A stretch of 32,000 nucleotides of DNA from Vallitaleaceae bacterium (GTDB lineage Bacteria; Bacillota; Clostridia; Lachnospirales; Vallitaleaceae). Where the stretch lies: NCBI GenBank assembly GCA_965140555.1, contig OZ223259.1:876058-908057 (forward strand). Direction: 5' to 3'. Positions within the stretch are counted from its first letter, which is position 1. Each line of letters begins with the position of its first letter. The position numbers were made by a program, and so were the translations under genes. The notes beneath the pieces were generated by a model that saw only the letters and a list, made by a program, of their open reading frames with translations, was not told the origin of the DNA and did not search any database. Positions 19,475-26,532 of the stretch are shown one piece after another.

Positions 19475-20533
19475 ATGAACACTCCGGTTATAGAAACGAA
19501 TTTTGCTTTTGAATTCATTTACAACCTAATGGGGATTGCTTATTACGAAACTAAAAACCCATCCACCGAAGATTTATCCACACAACGTTTTGCCCATTTT
19601 GTGACGGGTTACATTCACGAAATCTATAATGATATTCCACATATGGTCCGTAATGACATACACTTGTTCTTAAATGATTTCAGTAGCTTCTATGTTTCTT
19701 TATTACATATAGTTATTAATGAAACGATTCAAACACCTTTAGAACTTATAGAACGTCTTCGCAATATGGATATACATGAATTTTTAAACCTCTATCTAGA
19801 AGGAAATGAAATTCCACTCCAAACAGATTCCCCTAAAGACGCGTTGGATTCAGCTTTGGATGAGCTCACTAAATCCCGTCATGACTTAGCTAAGGATAAG
19901 GAACTCTTCTATGAATTTCTTGAGTTTGGTAGCGTCATCATGAAACGACTTGACGAATCTTTTTCCTACTATTACCGCCATTTTTTCCAACCACAAGAAG
20001 CCGAATTGGATCGCCAACTTAAACGCCTTCAAAAACATCATCAAATGATCTATGATGATAATCCTGAAGGATTCATTAACTCGATTCTTTTTCAAAGCAA
20101 GGAGTCTCTCAATGATTCGCAAACAGAAATCCATATCTACCTAGGCTATTATTATGGTGATCGAATTTCTGTCGCCTACGGAAGCAAGCATGAAGTATAT
20201 TTTTTCTATGGCGCAAGCGCCGAGAAAAAACTCTATTCCGAAAACCACCGTATCCAATATGATGAGTTAATCAAATCCTTAGCCGATGATACACGACGTA
20301 ATCTCATACGGTTTTTAATGAATTCCCCTCATTATAATAAGGAAATAGCTGATCATCTAGGCATCACTACTGCCACAATCAGCTATCATATAAGTCGTCT
20401 CGTTGATATAGGTATTATCCACTTGAAATATCAAGAAGGTAAACGTATATACTATCAGGTAGATATGGATCGATTCAATCAATTATTTGATGGTCTACGT
20501 CGTTATTTGATTTCGTCTGTAACCGACTACTGA
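19475..20533 (+). CDS. ArsR-family winged-helix regulator with a large unrecognised N-terminal domain (about 270 aa)
   Basis: The C-terminal LADDTRRNLIRFLMNSPHYNKEIADHLGITTATISYHISRLVDIGIIHL is an ArsR/SmtB HTH. The track starts at TTG 19436. ATG 19475 has AAGAAGG 8 nt upstream. The N-terminal domain may be DUF5937-like, but that is from memory and unverified. Confidence 0.7.
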   Translation: MNTPVIETNFAFEFIYNLMGIAYYETKNPSTEDLSTQRFAHFVTGYIHEIYNDIPHMVRNDIHLFLNDFSSFYVSLLHIVINETIQTPLELIERLRNMDIHEFLNLYLEGNEIPLQTDSPKDALDSALDELTKSRHDLAKDKELFYEFLEFGSVIMKRLDESFSYYYRHFFQPQEAELDRQLKRLQKHHQMIYDDNPEGFINSILFQSKESLNDSQTEIHIYLGYYYGDRISVAYGSKHEVYFFYGASAEKKLYSENHRIQYDELIKSLADDTRRNLIRFLMNSPHYNKEIADHLGITTATISYHISRLVDIGIIHLKYQEGKRIYYQVDMDRFNQLFDGLRRYLISSVTDY

Positions 20534-22098
20534 TTCAACAAACGCTCAAAACTCATACCATATTGATCAGCAATCCTTTTGGCGTAACTACGACCTAGCG
20601 GTTTACCCATTTCAATTTTATAGGGTGCATGCTCCATATCCCGACCTGCAATGAAACTTATCGGTTGCATGTTCGGGATTTCTTGTTGTATAGAATCTGA
20701 AAGTTCATGTAAATGGGTATTAAATATCACATAACTTTTCTGATCATATATTGCATGAAGGGTTTCTATTGCAATTTGCAAACTTTCATGATGGGATGTT
20801 CCTGAAAAAGATTCATTCATAAAATAAAAAGCCTGTCCATCTCCCGCGTCATAAAGCATTTTAAATCGACGACATTCTTCCCCCAATCGGCCATATTCCA
20901 CCGTATCTTTCTCTTCTCTAGGAAAGTGTAGATAGATACCGGACACATAAGGTAACATCGCTTTCTCTGCGGGCACAGGAAATCCCAATTGGGCAAACCA
21001 GATACATTGTGCCAAAGCTGTCGTTATCGTCGTTTTCCCTCCTCTATTTGCTCCTGTAAGAATCAGAATCCTCCTATTCTCATCAAAGGATATACTGTTA
21101 TTTACAACCAATTCCTTATCTTTGGTATACCCTAGTTGCAAATTGTACAGTCCTTCAATGGCTCCTCCCGTTTTCCACTCAGGAAACGTCCATCGATGCC
21201 CTCGTTTCTTTAACTGCTGAACATGGCGATAACCAACTATATAATACGGTAATTCCATTTTCATTAGACTTAAATATTCCAAAATCTTCTCAATAAACTG
21301 ATCACAAAAACGAATCAACTGTAGCATCGCCGGTTCAATAATCTTCTCCAATTGGTTCAGCGCATCCGGCGGTGCAATAGACTCTCTGGCAAAAATTTTA
21401 CGCGGAATGAGCATGACTTCTCTTACGCCCTTACCTATATAATACTCCATTTTTTTATTAAAGCGACTGTACTTGAATTCCTCTTCGCTTAATTCAAGCA
21501 AAATCGCTTCTATCGGTTGTAAGTACTCATCCAAATTCAAGCCGATTTTCATACTCTTTATTTCAGATTGTAATGTTTTGATATGATGTACATCTTCCAA
21601 AAAAGCTTCATATATTGATGAGGAAATAATCTCTTTATACATCTGATGCAATTGTCGTAGTCCATCGGAAGCCAGTGGCAGTTTTTCAAGTGCTGCTATT
21701 GCTTGTCCAACCATTTTATGAATGAGCAACACCTCTTCCATACGCTTCATCAAATTATAAACTGTTGCCTCTTTTTCAAAAGCGAATTTACTCATCGTTA
21801 AAAGATGGTATGCTTCCTCTCCTACGCCATAGAGTTCAAACAGTATATCCTCATGGTCTAAAAACTCTTTCATAATCCCTTGCCTGTAAACCGTATCTTT
21901 TTGGTGTACAGGATACTCTTGAATCAATGCACGTATGTTAATTTTATCCTCACTTTGCAAAATTTCTTCCAACACATCAATGGTCATATCATCCATATCA
22001 TCATCTGATAGTCGTCCGGTTGCAGACTCTCGACTGTGTTCCCAAAGTAAACTAATTCCGACAGAAGGCAGCTGATTTATAGGCATCTCTAAACGCAT
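20527..22098 (-). CDS. MutS-II-lineage ATPase paralogue B (MutS domain III/V only; no mismatch-binding domain, no Smr)
   Basis: Walker A ILTGANRGGKTT, FPVPAEKA, Walker-B region FYFMNESFSGTSHHESL, NTHLHEL, and a MutS2-like C-terminal YKIEMGKPLGRSYAKRIADQYGM. The ATG at 22098 overlaps the upstream paralogue by 10 nt; AAGGTGA lies 6 nt upstream. Confidence 0.8.
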   Translation of the reverse strand: MRLEMPINQLPSVGISLLWEHSRESATGRLSDDDMDDMTIDVLEEILQSEDKINIRALIQEYPVHQKDTVYRQGIMKEFLDHEDILFELYGVGEEAYHLLTMSKFAFEKEATVYNLMKRMEEVLLIHKMVGQAIAALEKLPLASDGLRQLHQMYKEIISSSIYEAFLEDVHHIKTLQSEIKSMKIGLNLDEYLQPIEAILLELSEEEFKYSRFNKKMEYYIGKGVREVMLIPRKIFARESIAPPDALNQLEKIIEPAMLQLIRFCDQFIEKILEYLSLMKMELPYYIVGYRHVQQLKKRGHRWTFPEWKTGGAIEGLYNLQLGYTKDKELVVNNSISFDENRRILILTGANRGGKTTITTALAQCIWFAQLGFPVPAEKAMLPYVSGIYLHFPREEKDTVEYGRLGEECRRFKMLYDAGDGQAFYFMNESFSGTSHHESLQIAIETLHAIYDQKSYVIFNTHLHELSDSIQQEIPNMQPISFIAGRDMEHAPYKIEMGKPLGRSYAKRIADQYGMSFERLLNQ

Positions 22099-23678
22099 TT
22101 CTCATCACCTTCTTTCTCTTTACCTGTCAATTGACTATACGTCACCCCATATCTTGATGCAATTTCCATAGCATAACTTCGCCCTAACGGTTTACGCACT
22201 TCCATTTCATAACTGATTTGATGATTATTCATCTTCGTCACCAAACTCTTAGGATATTGAGGTGTATGTATTAAATGTTCCTCCGTTTGTTCGTCTATCC
22301 AGTGCGTAACTTCATCATATAATTCATGTAGATGCGTATTATACACAAAAGGTATCCCCTTTGACAGCAACGCTTTTACTGCCTCTGCCGCTATACTCAA
22401 ACTCTCTAAATGACTCGTTCCCGCAAAGGATTCATTCATCAAGACTAACGTTCTGGGATTTGTTTCTTTAAATAGTGCGACAAACATCTCACATTCTTTT
22501 CCAAATTTACCTTTATCCAGATTTTCTTTCTCAGACACGGGAAAATGGGATAGAATATTATCTGCCAATCCCATATGTGCTGACGCTGCGGGCACATAAA
22601 GACCAAGTTGTCCCAACAGTTGTATCTGCCCGATACATTGAGTGAACGTTGTTTTACCGCCTCGATTGGCTCCTGTTATAATATAGGCTTGATTGCTTTT
22701 ATCCATGTCAAAATTATTAGTAATAATCGTCTCTTCCTGATCTCTCAATGCAAGATTGATATTATATCCCTTTATAAAATGTAAATTGTAGTCTCCTTCA
22801 TGAAAGGTCGGCTTGCACATTGGCAACCCTTTGCTTTCCATCTGAGTAATAAGCCTGTGACCAGATTCATAAAATGTCACTTCATCATGTAGCTGAATAA
22901 ACGGTGTAATATCCATGCGGGTATATGTTTTGACAAAATTCTCCATCTTAGGTTTATGTTCTCTTAATGCATACTCAATCTCTTCCAATACTTTATAGTT
23001 TAAACGTCCGATACGAAAAACAGGCACATAACTGGCTATCCGTTGTCCTAAGAACTCCGGATTTAAGGACAAGGTGTCTGATACATGCCTGAATGCTTTT
23101 GGATAACGGTGATGATGCGTTTCAACACTCGTCACCTGAGCAAACTTCGGACGAAGTCCTGATGTCATATTCACACTCAACACGGCACTTTTAATTTGAG
23201 AAAAAATATATTTGATTTCGCGTAAATCTTTTTTCATTGTTTTAAATGTATCCGTTTCCAGATTTCTTTCCACATCTTCTTTCAGACACAAAAGACCTTG
23301 AGACGTCAGCGGATAAAACCTTAGAATTTGGTTTAGCTCCTCTAACGCCTCAATAGATTTTTCCATCAATATCACCAAATCAATAATACGATACAAATTG
23401 GATTGCTCATATAACTTTGCATTATATAATGGTTTCAAATCATAAAATCGTTCCAATGCTTCCGATAACTCCTGCATCAGACCTTTATTTTGATAGAAAT
23501 CTTCCAATATTACCTGGCGATAGTGAATGGTCTCTTTGTCCATGCATAATGAAAAAAGAATCTCATCATTTGCAAGGAGTCTATCATAGACTCCTTGCAA
23601 ATTGAGATTCTCAATAATCTGTCGATCTAACGTATGTCGATTACTCTCCGGCAACCATATGATACTATTAAACTCCAT
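22089..23678 (-). CDS. MutS-II-lineage ATPase paralogue A (MutS domain III/V only; no mismatch-binding domain, no Smr)
   Basis: Walker A IITGANRGGKTT (nt 22647-22673), LYVPAASA, Walker-B region LVLMNESFAGTSHLESL, NTHLHEL, and C-terminal YEMEVRKPLGRSYAMEIASRYGV. The SD GGGAGA lies immediately after the adenosyltransferase stop. Confidence 0.8.
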   Translation of the reverse strand: MEFNSIIWLPESNRHTLDRQIIENLNLQGVYDRLLANDEILFSLCMDKETIHYRQVILEDFYQNKGLMQELSEALERFYDLKPLYNAKLYEQSNLYRIIDLVILMEKSIEALEELNQILRFYPLTSQGLLCLKEDVERNLETDTFKTMKKDLREIKYIFSQIKSAVLSVNMTSGLRPKFAQVTSVETHHHRYPKAFRHVSDTLSLNPEFLGQRIASYVPVFRIGRLNYKVLEEIEYALREHKPKMENFVKTYTRMDITPFIQLHDEVTFYESGHRLITQMESKGLPMCKPTFHEGDYNLHFIKGYNINLALRDQEETIITNNFDMDKSNQAYIITGANRGGKTTFTQCIGQIQLLGQLGLYVPAASAHMGLADNILSHFPVSEKENLDKGKFGKECEMFVALFKETNPRTLVLMNESFAGTSHLESLSIAAEAVKALLSKGIPFVYNTHLHELYDEVTHWIDEQTEEHLIHTPQYPKSLVTKMNNHQISYEMEVRKPLGRSYAMEIASRYGVTYSQLTGKEKEGDEKCV

Positions 23679-23687
23679 TGTCTCTCC

Positions 23688-24281
23688 CTACTGACGCAAT
23701 GTCATCTCTTCCTCTTCAATCTTGAACACATAGTTCAAATAACGCGCAGTCTGGAACAAATAATCGGCTAATCGATTAATGTATTGATAATCCACAGGTA
23801 CTTGCTGAATGACCTTTTGTTCCAATAACTCCTCAACATGCCTTACAAATACACGTTCACATCGCCGTGTAACACTCCTTACAACGTGGGTATATGTTGC
23901 AGTTACATGTCCGCTCATATAAATAAAATGATGTAGAACACCTGTTTTTTGCGTCATTGTATCAATACGCTGTTCCAAATAATCAATTTCTTCTTTGGAT
24001 ACAAGCTCCTGTCCGAATCCTGTTGTGACATCACTCCCTATGCGAAACATTGCATATTGTATGTTCGCAAGATCTTTGCAAAGCACATCAAACAAATCCC
24101 GGTCCACATTATCAGCCAAATTACTGACTTCGTTATTGATTAGGCTTCTTAAATGCCCGACTCCACTGTTGATTTCATCAATACTGCCTTGAAGTTCAAT
24201 CAGCAGACTTCCTTTCGATACTTTATCTCCATAAAAATTGGAAGTTTGACCATAATCACCTTGTCTTGTATAAATCGGCAT
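23688..24281 (-). CDS. PduO-type ATP:cob(I)alamin adenosyltransferase (MMAB family)
   Basis: N-terminal MPIYTRQGDYGQTS...KVSKGS, then GSIDEINSGVGHLRSL, VVRSVTRRCERVFV and INRLADYLFQTARYLN match the PduO N-terminal-domain pattern. GGAGG lies 5 nt upstream, directly after the AKR stop. Confidence 0.88.
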   Translation of the reverse strand: MPIYTRQGDYGQTSNFYGDKVSKGSLLIELQGSIDEINSGVGHLRSLINNEVSNLADNVDRDLFDVLCKDLANIQYAMFRIGSDVTTGFGQELVSKEEIDYLEQRIDTMTQKTGVLHHFIYMSGHVTATYTHVVRSVTRRCERVFVRHVEELLEQKVIQQVPVDYQYINRLADYLFQTARYLNYVFKIEEEEMTLRQ

Positions 24282-24296
24282 TTTTGCCTCCTTTTT

Positions 24297-25250
24297 CTAA
24301 TGTAGGCTATAACTCGCTTGTTCTATGCGCATCATATCCTCTTTCGTTAATTGTATATCTGAAACGCCTAGTGCACATCGAAGCTGTTGTGGATTTCTAA
24401 GTCCTACAATAGCACCCGTAACAGCCTCATGTTGTAATGTCCATGCAACTGCCACTTGCGGCACTTGGCATCCTTTTTCCTGTGCTATTTCCTGTAATGT
24501 ATCAACGACTTGCAAATGCACTGATAATTGAGGCTCATTAAACGCATCGGCTGATTTTCTCCAATCATCTTCCGGCAGACTAAGGATACGATCACGCGTC
24601 ATCTTCCCGGTTAGCAATCCACTCGCCATTGGTGAATAAACAATCGTCCCAATTTGATGTTCTTTACAATAAGGTAAAATATCGTTTTCAATATCCCGTG
24701 ACAGCATATTATAAGGCGGTTGTAGTGATGTTATCGGCGCTATATCCGCTATCCGTTCCATTTGACTCACCGTGAAATTGGATACACCAAGATAGCGAAC
24801 CTTACCTTCTCGAACCATTTCTGACATTTCTGCCCAGGCTTCTTCTATGTCTTCTTCCGGATGTGGCCAATGAATCTGTAACATATCAATAACATTGACG
24901 CGTAGACGTCGCAGACTACTCTCCACTTCCTTGCGAACACTCTTAGCTGTTAATTTGTGTTGAATTTCATTTTTGTCATTCCATGTAATTCCAAGTTTAG
25001 TAAAAATCAACGGTCGGTTATGCATATGTTTTAATGCTCTTCCGATAACCTCTTCACTGTGTCCGCATCCATAGATAGGTGCCGTATCAATCCAATTAAT
25101 GCCTTGATCCACTGCTCGAATAATGGTCTCAATCGATTCATTATCTTTTTGATTTCCCCATCCTAGTCGTCCGGGTCCACCTATAGCCCAAGTACCCAAT
25201 CCTACTTGTGAAATTACTAAGTCACTATTTCCTAATCGTTTTTGCTTCAT
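24297..25250 (-). CDS. Aldo/keto reductase
   Basis: KRLGNSDLVISQVGLGTWAIGG, IDTAPIYGCGHSEEVIGRAL, LQIHWP and YLGVSNF are typical AKR blocks. The track starts at 25304. I prefer ATG 25250 (MKQKRLG), which still overlaps the upstream regulator gene by 26 nt. Confidence 0.85.
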   Translation of the reverse strand: MKQKRLGNSDLVISQVGLGTWAIGGPGRLGWGNQKDNESIETIIRAVDQGINWIDTAPIYGCGHSEEVIGRALKHMHNRPLIFTKLGITWNDKNEIQHKLTAKSVRKEVESSLRRLRVNVIDMLQIHWPHPEEDIEEAWAEMSEMVREGKVRYLGVSNFTVSQMERIADIAPITSLQPPYNMLSRDIENDILPYCKEHQIGTIVYSPMASGLLTGKMTRDRILSLPEDDWRKSADAFNEPQLSVHLQVVDTLQEIAQEKGCQVPQVAVAWTLQHEAVTGAIVGLRNPQQLRCALGVSDIQLTKEDMMRIEQASYSLH

Positions 25251-26145
25251 AAGATACACCATCCTTTGAATATATACCCATAAGTTGTGCATATAGTCCA
25301 TCAAAGTTTGTAGCGGTTATATCTGCCTGGCTCTCCAAATGTACCCCCGATGAGAGCGCCTGCCCCCCAACCGCAATGAACATTTCCGGCTTATGCTGTT
25401 GGATGATTTGCATCAGATTATCAAGCGCATCAAGATGATAGGTCAATGTTGCTGAGATAGCAATGAGTGCAGGATTCATTTTATCGAGAAGATCAAGAAC
25501 CTCCTTCGTCGGTATACGATTACCGATAAAAAAGGGATCAAATCCTAGCAATGCAAAATAGTCTGCAATCATACGTATCCCAAAAGTGTGCGATTCACTT
25601 GATAAGGACATACAAATCACTGTTCTACCTTTTCCAATCGGATATAGCGGTTCTAATATCGTCGTGGAAATACGTGAAATCATTGTATAAAAAACACTCG
25701 ATATGAAGTGTTCTTTAGCAACAGAAATCTCTCCGTCTTCCCAAAGTTGTCCTGTTCTAACAAGCAACGGTACAAAGACTTCCTCGTAGATCTGGATAAT
25801 TCTTACGCGATTCATCTCAAGCGATGTCATCAGTGCAATGGCTTCTCGATCTTTTTCTGATAATAGTAGCTGCCACAACTCTTCTTGCAATTGGGCTAAA
25901 AAAAGACCGTCAAACCCTGCCTCTGACTCCGACTCATGTGAGCGTCCTAAAAGATAGTCGATGGATGTATAAAATTGGTCCGCAATGGATGCCAATATAT
26001 CTTGATTAGGAAAACGGGTCTTCTTCTCATAATTAGCAATAGTTGTCTGTCCAAGACCAAGTCGTTTGCCTAATGTCTGCTGACTCATATGATGTTTTTT
26101 CCTTAAATCCTTTAATATATCACCAAATTCATTCACTGTAGCCAC
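25225..26145 (-). CDS. XRE-family HTH regulator fused to a CarH-like cobalamin (B12)-binding module
   Basis: GTG start with AGGAGA 5 nt upstream. Cro/C1 HTH at residues about 7-68. W135-x9-E145-H146 (nt 25708-25743). E184-S-H186-T-F-G189 (nt 25579-25596), then 41 residues to S231 and 26 residues from T233 to G260-G261. Confidence 0.85.
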   Translation of the reverse strand: MATVNEFGDILKDLRKKHHMSQQTLGKRLGLGQTTIANYEKKTRFPNQDILASIADQFYTSIDYLLGRSHESESEAGFDGLFLAQLQEELWQLLLSEKDREAIALMTSLEMNRVRIIQIYEEVFVPLLVRTGQLWEDGEISVAKEHFISSVFYTMISRISTTILEPLYPIGKGRTVICMSLSSESHTFGIRMIADYFALLGFDPFFIGNRIPTKEVLDLLDKMNPALIAISATLTYHLDALDNLMQIIQQHKPEMFIAVGGQALSSGVHLESQADITATNFDGLYAQLMGIYSKDGVSYEAKTIRK

Positions 26146-26156
26146 CTCGTTCTCCT

Positions 26157-26212
26157 ATTATATCACGCCTCGTGATGTACTAACAAGATACGCCGTGCCT
26201 CTTCTTGTTCAA
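26157..26212 (-). promoter_or_regulatory. Promoter region of the five-gene operon (two competing -35/-10 assignments)
   Basis: Best consensus is TTGTTA (26186-26181)-N18-TATAAT (26162-26157), but it abuts the SD and would leave a leader of 6 nt or less. The alternative is TTGAAC (26212-26207)-N16-TATCTT (26190-26185). A second inverted repeat AACAAGA (26182-26188)/TCTTGTT (26203-26209) overlaps the alternative boxes. Confidence 0.4.
26162..26176. promoter_or_regulatory. Operator-like palindrome ATCACG-N3-CGTGAT immediately upstream of the regulator SD
   Basis: Perfect 6-3-6 inverted repeat (26162-26167 and 26171-26176). It lies between candidate -35 and -10 boxes, or at about +2 to +17 of an alternative promoter. 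Confidence 0.45.
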
Positions 26213-26503
26213 TCTAATATATACCGCCATATTCACCAAGTTCTTTATGCAAAATAAAGCCTCTATAACATAGTACGAGACTTTGCACCTTTTCGGATTC
26301 CTTTTTCAGTTGTTCTACAGCTAAACATTATATAAAAGAATAAATGGTTGACTCTTTTCATACCTCGTCTCCTTTATATCCCTATTAAACTTGAACTCTC
26401 TCAAATATGGTGAAATTGCTTAACATTTCTGTTAATTTCATGTAATCTTTTGTGATACATCTATCATATCATAGGTTCACCGATTAATCAAAGAAAAGAA
26501 CGG

Positions 26504-26532
26504 TTGCACCAAATGAATTTGTGTGATAAACT
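26504..26532 (+). promoter_or_regulatory. Sigma-A-type promoter (TTGCAC-N17-TGaTAAACT) for the ABC-F gene
   Basis: TTGCAC at 26504-26509, a 17-nt spacer ending in TGA, and TAAACT at 26527-26532. The leader to the GTG at 26618 is about 80 nt. Confidence 0.5.

Noticed and set aside
20527-23678. The two MutS-like genes as canonical mismatch repair mutS (plus mutL) or as MutS2
   Set aside because: There is no N-terminal mismatch-binding domain, no adjacent mutL, and no C-terminal Smr or KOW region. Sizes (523 and 529 aa) are far below MutS (about 850 aa) and MutS2 (about 780 aa).
11308-25304. N-terminal extensions given by the track for glgD (11316), glgC (12598), DAK2/DegV (19273), the ArsR-like gene (19436) and the AKR (25304)
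   Set aside because: In each case an internal ATG has a better-placed SD and matches where the conserved family N-terminus begins. The upstream codons are GTG or TTG, or lack an SD. These are judgement calls, not proven.
3018-26176. Shared CGTGAT/CACG half-sites between the 3018-3037 and 26162-26176 inverted repeats as evidence of a common regulator
   Set aside because: The half-site spacing differs (effectively 12 nt versus 3 nt) and one half-site is mismatched. A 6-mer match is expected by chance at this scale.
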